Assembly (NCBI GenBank): GCA_043228905.1
Contig: JBHGNT010000022.1
Span: 3,658,001-3,722,000, forward strand
Length of the DNA: 64,000 nt
Reading direction: 5' to 3'
DNA from: Azolla caroliniana
Lineage: Eukaryota > Plantae > Polypodiophyta
Shown here one piece after another: positions 50,122 to 62,300 of the stretch. Below the pieces are notes generated by a model that was given only the letters and a program-made list of their open reading frames with translations, ran no database searches and had not been told where the DNA came from. Positions within the stretch are counted from its first letter, which is position 1. Every line of letters begins with the position of its first letter. The position numbers and the translations under genes were made by a program.

Positions 50122-53100
50122 ATGGGAAGCGCTCTTTCTACAGAGAAGCTAGATCGAACAAAATTCGCATCTTGGGAGTACAAGATGTATCAATACCTTA
50201 TTGGACAAGACTACTGCAACTATATTGAATGTGCCCATGGAACGCAACCCAACCCAACACACGCTGACTACCCAACTTGGGAGCAGACCGTGAGCCGTGT
50301 GTTTTACTGCCTTGCATCATGCGATCATCATCACATGTTGGTCTACATTCAAGAGACGAAAACGTCGAAAGACGCAAGTGGCAATCTCAAGAAGATTTTC
50401 GCAGCCAACACGGTTGCACGTAAGATCCAACTCCGACAGGACCTAAATAGTATTCAACATAGGGACATGTCAATTGGCACTTACACCTTGAAGATCAAGG
50501 AGTTGTGCGATGCGCTCGGGTCGATTAATGTCGTCATCAACGATGTCGAATTGGGGCAAATATGCCTCGGAGGCTTGGCACCGCGATTCAACGCAATAAG
50601 GTCGGTCTTTCTCGCGAGAGAGAATCCTCCCTCCTTCTTTGATCTCTAGTTGATATTGTTGGTCGAAGAAAATCATGATCGACAAAGGAACAACTCAAAT
50701 GATGGTCAGATGCTATATTTGAACCTTTATGGAGGAAGAGGACAAGGTCGAGGAAATAGAGGTTGATTCAGATGAGGCCAACACAACCAAGAGCAACCCC
50801 GTGAACACAACTTCTACTACTAACAAGACGCATCAAACACAGAAGCATCCAATCATATGAAATCTCATGAAGATTGGTTCTGAGAATTATGCAATCCCGA
50901 ACGGCCGAGAAATGTCGAAATAGGCGATGACACGACTCATACAATACGGCGTATTGGGAACGTCTCATTCGGAAACTATGACAAACAAACCTACCTCAAA
51001 AACTTCCTGCATGTCCCAACCATCACGAAAAACCTGGTCTCTATTGGCCAGATTGTCGAATAAGGCATGCAAGTACGATTCAACATTGATGGAAGCTTCA
51101 TTGAAAAAGACCATCGAGTCATAGCTCATGGCCATCGAGAAGGCCGAATGTTTATCCTCGAGTCGAGCGAGGTGAAGTCTGCTATGTTTGCTAATGGCAT
51201 CAAAGTCGAAACTGACTTGAAACTGTGGCACAAGGGAATTGGCCACATCAAACTTCAGAAGCTCCAGAATATGAAATCAAAAGGAGTCGTAATCAGACTC
51301 CTGAACTTTACCAAGAAGGAGATTATTGGCGTATGTGAGGCGTGCTAATTCGGAAAACAACGCCGACATCCATTTCCAAAATAGAGGAATGTGAGCAAAG
51401 GGATCCTGGATGTCGTACATTCAGATCTATGGGGTTCGGCACAGACAACCACATTCGGCAGATGCCGATATTATGTCAAGTTCATCGATGGCTTCTCCAA
51501 GCACACCTAGTGGATCTACTTGATGAAACACAAGAGCGAAGTGTTCGGCCACTTCCGATGAGAATTCTCATGCTGGTACACACCCCAACAAAACCACGTA
51601 GCCGAGCGGAAAAATCAGCGCATAGTAGAGGTTTCACGCACAATGATGAACAAGAAGAACCTCCCGAAATCATACCAGGTAGAAGCGGCTAACACAGGTG
51701 TATACCTCATGAACATGTGTACAACCTCAGGGGTACATGACATAACCCCATATGAGATGTTTTTTGGAAAGAAGCCTGAGTTTCTGGCTCGATTGCCTGT
51801 GCATATTCCCGACAAGATGCGACAAAAGCTCGACCCGAAGTCAGAGAAACGTATCCTCATAGGATACTCATTGGAGAAAGAAGGATGCAAGTGCTATAAT
51901 CCCTCAACTCGAAAAGTTCGAGTAAGTCGAGACATTGTTTTCGTCGAGTCTGCATCCTGGTACGCACCAGAGACAACTTCGACTCTAATTCCGCTCGACC
52001 CGGAATACGCTGAAATAGAGATAGAAGATGAAGATCGGCTCATGCGCATGTTCGAAGAAAGCCCAATTATGACAAGGCTTAGTGGGACACAAGAGCCTCC
52101 AAGCGATCAAAGCACATCTCAGCCGAGTTTGAAGCTGGACAAAGAGAAGGAGAAAATGTTGGAGTATGAAGACAATCACATCGACGACAACAAATTGACT
52201 CACTCCCTCAATAGTGAGTTCAAAGGCCTTTACATCCGGACAAATGGAGAGAAGAAAGCCGTTGTGGGCGCGAACAAAAAACTATGGTGATCTACTTGTG
52301 AAAAGAACCATGTAAGCCAGTTCAGCTATAACATTTATATGGCGTACCATTACGCCTTTATGATGAAGGTAGCGACAGTACGGGAGCCGGAAACGTTTTC
52401 CGAAGCCGCAAAGGACCCCTAGATGGGATTGACACGATGAATGAAGAAATGCAAGCCTTATGCAAAAACGAGACATGGGATCTCGTTCCTCAATCTCCGC
52501 ACAACAACGAGATTGGATGCAAATGGATTTACAAAGTGAAACACAATGTCGACGGCTCTGTACATCGCTTCAAATCACAACTCGAAGCGAAGGGATACAC
52601 ACAAAAACATGGAGTCGACTATGAAGAGACCTTCTCCCTGGTGGCAAAGATGACAATGATGCGGACTGTGATCTCACTCGGAGTAGTGAAAGGGTGGCAC
52701 CTCCACCAGATGGACGTCAAGAACACTTTTCTTCAAGGAAAATTGGAAGAGGAGGTGTACATGGTACAACCACCCAGCTTTGAATTGCATACTCATCCAA
52801 AAGTCATGTGCCAACTCAAGAAGTCGATCTATGGTCTTAAGCAAGCACAACGTGCTTAGCATTCAAAGATCACGTAGTATCTTCACCAAATCGAAATCGG
52901 GAAATTCCCTATACATCCGAAACGAGTCGAACAACCGGATTGTCATCATCCTATACGTGGCTGATTTGGTCATCGGGGGACTAAATCTAGTCGAAGTCAA
53001 TACAGTGAAATCACTCCTATCCGACAGATTTGAAATGAAAGATATGCAGCAGCTCCATTACGTCCTTGGCATCGAAGTAATTCAGACACCAGTCGGGATC

Positions 53101-53225
53101 CTGATCTCTCAATGGCACTACGTTCTCAATTTACTCTACAAGTTCGGAATCACCGAATTGCTCTTGACAGTAATCTCAAGCTCGATGTTGATTCCGGCAC
53201 TGTTGAGTACGAGCCAACTCAGTAT
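50122..53225 (+). pseudogene. Copia 1 gag-pol, fragmented
   Basis: ORFs 50122-50649, 51067-51348, 51643-52290, 52437-52859, 52780-53256. Confidence 0.9.
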
Positions 53226-53240
53226 TGTCATGATATGGCA

Positions 53241-53296
53241 AGACTCGAACCCATGACGTTATGGTTACATGGGTTGAGCTCTTGACCATTAGACTA
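53241..53296 (-). promoter_or_regulatory. tRNA-like A-box/B-box cassette in LTR of element B
   Basis: Minus strand TAGTCTAATGG-N34-GGTTCGAGTCT. Confidence 0.65.
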
Positions 53297-53372
53297 TATG
53301 TTGTAATGCAAAGGATATTATTTTCATTTAAGTTTTACTATAGAAAATTGATGTATATTCTATATTTCTTTG

Positions 53373-53395
53373 GAACATTCTAGAAACTTCAGGAA
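53373..53395 (+). promoter_or_regulatory. Perfect five-unit heat-shock element 15 bp upstream of the LTR TATA box (53411)
   Basis: GAAcaTTCtaGAAacTTCagGAA. Confidence 0.7.
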
Positions 53396-55497
53396 TACTC
53401 CTAAGAACACTATAAAAGGAGGCACAAGGCATTATTTCGAACCAAATCGGTTCAACGCTAGTCTTAAGCCTCCTAAGCTACTATTGTATATTCTCTTAAC
53501 ATAATATATATCTTTTGTTATCATCATTGTCTCTCTCTGTCACTGTTTCCTCGAGAGAGAGTTCTACACCTCCCTTGCTACTAATCCTCATCTTTTAGTA
53601 CTAATTCCTTCTCTGTCTTAGCACTATTCCTGATAGTACTTCTCTGTCTTAGTATTGTTTCTAATAGTTTGAACTGATTTCTTCTCCTTCCTTCTCTTCC
53701 TGATCTTATTACTTCTCACTCCCTTCATACTATGGACATTGTTAACGCTCAAGAATATCAATCCGTTTTCTTGGAGTTGCAATGCTTGAAAGAGAAGTTT
53801 CTCGCATTGGAACAAGAAAATCAACAACTGTTGCGGGAGCTTCAACAAATCTCCTTAGAGAAGCAGCAGACGCAACAACAACATGGGGAACTAGCGTTAC
53901 GCGTGCAATAGCTCGAAGCAACTATAATAGCGATGCAACAACAAGGACCCAGTACGCAAGGGGTTCATAAAGATCCCAAGATCGGCCTTCCCATGAAATT
54001 TGATGGAACATGATCGCATTTTAGAGGATTCCTTAATCAGGTACGATTAGTCATTCAAATGCATCCTTCCCGATATCCCACCGATGCATCACAAGTGGGT
54101 TTAGTAGGCATGTTGTTAAGTGGCTCAACTTTGACATGGTTCGCTCCATTGTTAGAAAAGGAATCTCCTTTACTAAACCATTTTGAAGAGTTTTTAAGTG
54201 AGTTTAAAACTTGGTATGGAGATACTGACAGCATAAGAACAACAATGAACAAAATTCGACGATTACGTCAAGGTGATCATCCAGCCTCTACATACGCTGC
54301 CGATTTCTGCCTACTTGCCTCCGATATCCCCTGGGATGACCAAGCATTAAGGGAGCAATTTCGTTATGGTCTACGTAACGATGTCAAGGATTTACTCTTG
54401 ACCTTCCTTGAAGAACCAAAGTCATTGACAGAAGCAATTAGTCGCGTGGTTAGATGCAACAATTGTCTTTTTGAACGACGTTCGGAATGTCAGTTCCAGA
54501 TGCCAAGGGCAAGATCAAAGCCCATCTATGCCTCAGTGGTAGCAAAACCTTTTCAAAGGGATTCATATAATGCATCTCCGATGGAAATTGACACTACACG
54601 TCGTCGCAGACCATTTATTGTAGTGGACTAGGGCATATTGTACTGAACTGTGCCCATAGGCCAAGAAGAGAGGTAAACCAATAGTTGCTAGTTCTAATTG
54701 TACTAAACCTGAGTCTATTTCAATAGGAATATCTGATAGTCCTAATAGTACTAATAGCCGAAATCGATCGAATAAATTTGATGTCCTTAGTCAGTTAGAA
54801 GAAGAGTTAAACGACTAAGTCTTGCCAAAATAGGAGTTGTTTGGTTGGACAACCCTAGATCTGTGCAGCCCATTAGTGGTTACATTCCCTCTAAGCAAGT
54901 TAGCAATTTGTTCTTAGCCCAAGTAACAATTAGTACTAAAAGTACCTCTCCAGTACATGTCTCAGCACTCCTAGATTCTAGAGCTAATTCTTGCTTCATG
55001 GATAGGAATTTTGCCCAAGCTCATCAGATATCCCTAAGAAAACTCTCGTGTCCAGCCTTTGTAGTAGTCATTGTGATGGGAAATATGCGGAATAATCTCC
55101 GGCCACAACTGAAGCATAGATCACTTGATGACAATCAAACACAGAAGAAATGGGAATGGAGGTAAGTACACAAACAGAAAGAGAATACACAGGATGTTAA
55201 TGTGGAAAACCCCCCTCAAAGGGAAAAACCGCGGGAGCATAGAGGCAACGACCTCCTGCTCACGATCTTCGCTTGGCGGCGGTTACAACAGGGACATGCT
55301 CTGTATCACTCTCTCTCTCTCTATACAGTCGTTACACCAATTACACTATACAAAGATAATAACAACAACTATCAAAATAAAAACACTGTTTGCCCTAGGT
55401 CACATTTATACTAATATGACATTAGGACTATTTACATATATAGCCCTAATGGGCTCTCAAAAACATATCTACATATATGTCCCTTCATCCGGCGAGA

Positions 55498-55633
55498 GGT
55501 TCTCACCGGGACTTCCTTGTCGGGTACTTGTCATCCGGTTCTCACTGGGTCTTCCTTGTCGAGTACTCGTCCTCCAGTTCTCACCGGGTCTTCCTTACCG
55601 AGTACTCGTCCTCCGGTTCTCACTGGGTCTTCC
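55498..55633. repeat. 39-bp tandem repeat (about 3.5 copies) in the Copia 2 LTR
   Basis: Unit GGTTCTCACYGGGTCTTCCTTGTCGAGTACTCGTCCTCC. Confidence 0.9.
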
Positions 55634-57972
55634 GATGCTGGGCCTTCGTATCCCATCCGAAGGGACCGAGATCCTAACAAACTCGCCCTTCACTCCGGCA
55701 TGGGATGCCTAATCAATCCGATCCGCCTCCGGCATACATCTAGCTTGTCGGGTGTCAGCACCTTGGTCAGCATATCCGACCCGTTCTCCTCCGTGTGGAT
55801 CTTCGTCAGCACGAACTCTCAGTCTTCTACTCGCTCCCGAATCCAATGGTACCTCCGCTAGATGTGCTTCGTCCTGGAATGATATGCTGCGGTCTTCGCA
55901 AGGTGGATGGCACTTTGACTGTCACAATAGAGCCGGTATTCCTCTTGCTGGATCCCTAGCTCTTCGATGAAGTCCTTCATCCATAGTATTTCCTTGCCAG
56001 CTTCCACAGCCGCCATGTACTCTGCTTCCGTGGTTGACAACGCAACCGTCTTCTGGAGCCTCGATTGCCACGAAACAACTCCCCCCGCATATGTCATGAC
56101 ATATCCGGATGTTGACCGGCTGGTATCTGCATCAGCCGACATATCCGAATCAGTGAAACCGTCAAGTTGGGGTTTTACCAGAGCCGAATCGGAGGCACAT
56201 ATTTGAGGTGCCCTTCAAGTATCAGAGTATCCATTTTACCGCATTCCAATGCTCCTTGCTGGGATTGCTCATAAACCGGCTCACCACTCCGACTGCGTAT
56301 CCGATATCCGGTCGGGTACACCGGTCGGGCAGAGCATATGGTATCTTCATCATATCCGCCTTCTCTACCTTCGTCTTCGGCCTTTGCTTACCAGATAACC
56401 TGTAGTTTGCCGGAAGTGTCGATCCGACCGGTTTCACATCTGACATGTTGAATCGATGAAGCACCTTTGTCACGTACTCCTCCTGTGATAGCCACAATTG
56501 CTTCATTGGTCGGTCCCGGATGATATGCATCCCCGACATCTGTCTTGCCGGACCCAAGTCTTTCATTGAGAAGGTCTAGCTCAAGGCCTTCTTCAGCATC
56601 CGTATCTTGACTTGGTCTTGTCCGACGATCAACATGTCGTCCACGTACAAGAGGAGTATAAGGAAGTCTCCACCTTCGAACTTCTTCACAAATACGCAAT
56701 GATCGGCCTGCGACTTGTGGTACCCTTGATCGGTCATAAAGGAGTCGAATTTCCGGTACCATTGTCGGGGGGCCTGCTTCAACCCCTAGAGGCTCTTTTT
56801 TAACCGGCAAACCAGGTGCTGCTTCCCTTTCTTCACAAATCCCTCCAGTTGCTACATGTAGATCTTCTCTTCGAGTTCACCATGGAGGAACTCCATCTTC
56901 ACATCTAACTGCTCTACCTTGAGGTCCATGCTTGCTGCTATGCTCAACACCGTCTGAATGGAAGTCATCTTTACTACCGGGGAAAATATCTCGTCGAAGT
57001 CCACGCCTTCTTCTGTTGGAACCCCTTCACCACGATCCTGGCTTTGTACCTTAGAGGGTTGCCGACATCTCCCGGTTTCAACTTGTACACCCACTTGTTT
57101 TCGAATGCCCTCTTTCCTTTCGGCATCTCCACCAATTCATACGTGTGGTTCTCATGCAGGGAATCCATCTCGTCTTGCATGGCACTCAACCACTTGCGAC
57201 TATGGGTGTTATCCTTCGCTTCTTCGAAGCTTTTCGACTCCCCCTCATCGGTCAACAGCACATGCTCTGCATCCGGAAATCTCCGGGGGGGCCTTCTCTC
57301 TCTGAGAGGATATCTCCATGTTTGGCTTTCGGCAACCGACTCCTCTATTTGTTCTTCATCCGAATCCGATTCGGGGTCTTGGCCGGTTCCGGTTTCAGCT
57401 TCCTCTACTTCTTCTTCTGTTGGTTCCGTATCCTCACCGTAATCGGCTGGTTCCTCGAGTGTCAACTGGCTCTTAGCCGGGTGGGTCCAAATCTCATCGG
57501 AGTTCATTATCTTCTTCTCTGACTCCCAGTCGGCAAGAGTCTTTTCCTCCATGAAGATAATGTCTCGGCTCCGGAAAATCTTCTTGTCAACCGGATCCCA
57601 CACTCAGTAGCCGAACTCATCATCGTTGTATCCAAGGAATATGCATGGCCGAGTCTTTGGATCCAACTTTCCTCTCCGGTCCTTAACAACATGCACGTAC
57701 GCGAGACACCCGAACACCTTCAAATGTCAGTAGGACACTTCCTTACCGGTCCACACCTTTTGCGGCGTGTCTCCATCCAAGGGCACTGAGGGTGATCTGT
57801 TTATCACATACGTCATTGTCGACAACGCCTCAACCAAAATGTCTTGGGTAGTTTAGCATGTGCTAGCATACTCCGGACCCTCTCCATTATGGTTCGGTTC
57901 ATCCTCTCGGCTAGCCCATTTAGTTCCGGCGTCTTCGGCACAATAAATTCGAGTTGGATTCCCTTCAAGTGG

Positions 57973-59161
57973 TGTCATGTGAATCTTCTCACACTATGTA
58001 AATAATAATAATAATAAAATAAGTACTTTATATTAGCTTAATGGCATGTTATAGAAGATGGATGTTTGAGAAGATAGGGAAAATAGAACTATTATTTATC
58101 CCACATAGATAGGAAACTTAAGGCCTTGGCTATATAAGCACCTTGAGACCCTCATTTTCATTTGTGCTACACTTTGGCCACTTTGTCTTGATGGATGATG
58201 GTGGCCAAGTTCCCAAAAACCGGAATCGGGCCGTAAGCAAAACCGGAAACCGGCCGGCAAGCAAAATCGGAAACTGGCCGGTAAGCAATCCGGAACCGGC
58301 TGCTAAGCAAATCGGAACCGGGCCGGTAAGCAAAACCGGAAACCGGCCGGTAAGCAAAATTGGAAACCGGCCGGTAAGCAAACCAGAACTGGCAGCAGAG
58401 CTAGCGAGACAGTGACAATCGGCGACCGAACGGAACCGGCGATTGGACGAGGCTGGATGCAAACCGAACGGATAAAAGGATCATGTGGCTAATTAAAGTG
58501 AAGTGAAGAAAACTAAAGTAAAGGTCATGTGGACGGTCACATGCAACTAAAAGGAAAAGCCATGCAACTAAAAATAGATGCAACTAAAAGAAAAAGCTAA
58601 GTAGCTAAAAGTAGAGGCCATGCAACAAAAAGTGGACATGCATATGATCAACTGAGAACTCCATATAAAATTCCATCTTTTTTTACACTCATACTCTCTC
58701 CATATTAATTTTCTTTTCCTTCTTAGCTCTCTTATCTTAGGGAAGCCATATCTCTCATAAACTCTAATTTTCTTACAGAAGCCATAAGGGTCATAAACCC
58801 TAATTTCCCAACGAAAGCCATAAGACTCAAAAACCCTAATTTTCCCTACGGAAGATTTATCATTCATAATTCCAAAATTTTCCATACGAAAGCTATTCAA
58901 CTAATAAACCATAATCTCTTATCAAAGCCAAAAAACCCTAATTTTCTATAGAATCCATATCTTAATTTCCTCTTATCTATTACTGTAGTAATCTCCATTA
59001 GCTAAACTTTTTGTAATCTCAATCTTGAGATTGATTGTAATCTTTCTTTCCCTTTATTAATGAAATTTGTGAATCTTTCTCATTTTGTATTAATTGTTTA
59101 ATATCAACATACGAAATTGATATCTTCCGGTCGGAGGCCCCGGGGTCATATTTTCGCGACA
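57973..59161 (+). mobile_element. Solo LTR D inside the Copia 2 integrase, no TSD
   Basis: TGTCATG...CGCGACA termini; integrase frame continues on both sides; internal ~24-bp repeats GTAAGCAAAACCGGAAACCGGCCG (about 58215-58390). Confidence 0.75.
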
Positions 59162-59399
59162 ACGATATTCCCCTCCGTTATCTGCTCAAACCGCCTTCAG
59201 CTTCCGTTCGGTTTCTCTTTCCACTCTTGCATGGAGCTCCTTGAAGACAGATAACACCTGATCCTTCGTCTTCAACGGTGTGGCCCACAGCCTCCTGCTG
59301 TGGTCATCTATGAACGTCACGAAGTACTACGCTCCGGCATGGGACTTCGTGCCCACTTGACACACATCAATGTGCACCAACTCCAATGGTGCATTACGT

Positions 59400-62300
59400 T
59401 GTCGTAGTGTGAATCACACACTACGTGAAATATGTAAAATACTATATTCGATTTAAAGTATGTATAATAAATAAAATAAAATATTAAAATTATTTATTAT
59501 GTACATAGGGCAGGATTCAAACCTTGTACCTCCACATAGACAAACCCCAACCTTACCATTTTACTAACTTATCCTAAGTGTTTTAATATAGATTTAATAC
59601 GTATAAGACCTTTATTTACGCCTACCTTTATTAAAAGGAAAGTCATGCATTTTTTAGAATGTGTAAATACTTTATTTATAAGAAAAATGTACACCAATAA
59701 AAAAAAAGACTCGTCCACATCTAGCGAGCATGAGCACTATATTTAGGAAATAAAAGCATAGTGTAAAAAGGCAGCTCATGCACATTTAGTGTGCATGAAC
59801 ACTTTAGAAAAAACATGAAGCTATGCTTAGCCTCTTCCATCCTTATATAAGGAGGAGAGAAAGATGTATGGGGGTTGTTGCTTATTTTACAAGGGTGGAT
59901 TAATATAATATAATCGTGGGATTCATGAATTCGCTAACTATTTTTTTCTCTCTTAACCTGAGTACTCACTAATACACTATACTCGTGGGATTCATAAGTT
60001 TTTCATATCTTTCTTTCTTACAACATATTTCATAGTCTTCATTGCCTTAGAATTTCCTTTTCTCCTAGTCCAAAACCTCAGTGGTTCCCGCCCGACTCAC
60101 GCAACGATCCGGAGCCGAAAGGCACGACACAATTGGTGAACCCGACGTGAACACGAGTGGCAAGGAGATGGAAAATCAAGCGGAGGCTAACAACATGATG
60201 ATGATGTTCGAGTGGATGCTTCAAGAACAACGTGCGATGTCAGAGATAGCAGCGGTAGTAGAGCGGCTCGTGCAACAGATCGGGCAATTCAACGGAAAGG
60301 ACGTATCACGCTATCCTCAGGACTACAAGGCGGAAATGCTACGGTGCGGCATTTCGGAAGGACTGCAAGTGACAACCTTCAACCGGGTGGCTACCGATGG
60401 GCTTCAAGGAAGTATCCACAAACTATGACAACAAAATCCGACGTGGGAAGCATTTGAAGAGGCGCTAAAGACCATGTTTGCTATCGAGGACTCCTCCAAG
60501 GCAACGCGGAGAGGATTCGAGGATTGGGTGGAGACGCTTGACAAGGGGATGAAGGTGCTCGATGTGTTTTCAGCATTCGAAAATCGGTTCAGGAGGTTGT
60601 CTGCGAGAGATCAAGCTATCCTTGCACCGGACAAAGTTATCATGTTCTTACGAGCCGTAGACATCCGGGACCGGAAGGATCTTGGAGTGCTTTTAGAGGG
60701 CACGACTACCGAGAGTGGCCTCACCGAAACATGGGAAAGCATGCGGGATATCGTCGTGCAATACACAAAGAGGGGGCAATGGCTTGCCCACGAAGAAAAG
60801 AGGGTTTCGGAACCGATTCCGAAATCGAGATCCGGATCAGAAGACCATCAACTACGGGCTCAGGAAGCTACGACCGAGAAGGGAATCGACGCAACTACGG
60901 TGGAGCAGTTGCTGAAGGAGATTTAGAATCTAAAAATTGCGATGGTAAAGAAGTCAGATGACTGTTCCACAAGCTCCAAGTATATGGACCATGGGTGCAT
61001 ATGGTGCGATAGCACCAAACATGATCGGAGGGATTGCGACGAGCACAAGGAAGCGCTATGACGGGATCTTATCTACTACGAGGGAAATCAAATTCATTTG
61101 ATAGATTCTCGGAAGACACTCTGACCGAACTTCCGGAAAGGCGGCACGAAGAAGGTCCTAGAGGAGGAGATCGCAACGAAAGACAATTATGCGACAACCG
61201 CGGGAATACGTGTGGGGGAGTCATCTATAGCAAAGGCATCTTTTTGGCCGGAAGTGTTAGAAATTTCGAAGAAAGCCGACCATGATGAAATCCGAAGCGC
61301 CACAGAATGTATCCAGGAAGCTACGGGATGGGAGTGCCATGTAGATAAGAATAGCGTGCATGCGCTATGTCAATTGCATGAAGTGTATGTGGATGAAAAA
61401 CGACGGCGCACGGATGATGCGGCCGAACCATCAAAGACACCAGAAAGCTGGAACTCCAGAGGGAAGGGAAAAGAAAAGACGATTCCGGCATTCAAGCTCG
61501 CCTCGGACATCGAACAACAAACGGACTTGAAAAAGGTGTTCGAAGAGAGAATCCTCGATAGCCGGGTAGAATTTTCGCTTCGGGAATTACTCGGAATAGT
61601 GAAGAAGGAGTTCCATGATCTTCTTGTGGATCTCGTGAAAAGGAAAAGACAAACTACGGAGGAAAATGCATCGATGGTGAATGCAAATATAGTTCTGATG
61701 AATGACACCGATGTGGAGGACGAGATTCCGAATTCCCACTATACAAAGCCACACTGGGCGCGTGCAACTACCGAAACGCCTGTCCAAATCGGCAACATCA
61801 AAGAGCCCGTGCTAGCATTGATTGATCACGGATCGGAGATCAATTTGATGTCTAAGGAGTTCTACTAGAAAGGGAAGTGGCCTATTAACACCAATCATGG
61901 ATGGAAGATCCAGGCGGCCACTAAAGCAACGGAAGATCTATTTGCGGCTTGTCTGGATGTGACAGTGAAGATCGGGGATGTCGAGATCGACCAAAATTTC
62001 TTCGTACAAGACGAGGTCTCACACTCCATGATCCTCGAGCAACCCTTTATCACGGCTTCACGGATGGAGACGAAGGTGCTCGATAGCGGTGCGACTTTTG
62101 CACGAATTTGGAGCCAAAACGGAGGGAAATCCGTCCAATTCCTAACGGTGCCGGAAATCATGAAAGGAACAAGAGAGAGCTCTTGTCCCAAACAAGAATG
62201 GATTTTTAGAGTGGAATATTGCGGAGTGGGGAAGTGATAGTCCGAGAAGCCTTGATACCCCACACAAGAAGAAACCTCTCAGAGCAAAACAAGTACGAAT

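Larger units (their letters stand above)
46612..53225 (+). mobile_element. Ty1/Copia element 1 (5' LTR 46612-46794; 3' end not in window)
   Basis: 183-bp TG...CA LTR; PBS TGGTATCAAAGC (tRNA-iMet) at 50003-50014; gag from 50122; GAG-pre-integrase WHKGIGH; integrase; RT with IGCKWIYKVK and HQMDVKNTFL. Confidence 0.93.
53226..55071 (+). mobile_element. Tcn1/sushi-like Gypsy element B (5' LTR 53226-53666, gag, start of protease), nested in Copia 1 RT
   Basis: Starts TGTCATGA like element A; gag HPSRYPTD...VGLVGMLL homologous to A; ALLDSRANSCF protease motif. Confidence 0.9.
55072..59399 (-). mobile_element. Ty1/Copia element 2 (Tnt1/Tork-like), 3' LTR 55072-55679, nested in element B
   Basis: PPT GAAGGGCGAGTT next to the LTR; RNase H SWQSRLQKTVALSTTEAEY; RT LLLYVDDML; integrase ADNGGEY and TPELNGLAERMNRT. 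Confidence 0.93.

Noticed and set aside
58034-58044. A-box-like TAGCTTAATGG in solo LTR D as a fourth Pol III cassette
   Set aside because: It is on the opposite strand from the other three and has no B-box at tRNA spacing.
58143-58462. Repetitive ORFs on both strands (NRPVSKTG / LLTGRFP)
   Set aside because: They are translations of the ~24-bp tandem repeat in the LTR.
58790-58945. AAACCCTAA motifs as interstitial telomere repeats
   Set aside because: They are single telo-box-like motifs within an LTR sub-repeat, not tandem (TTTAGGG)n.
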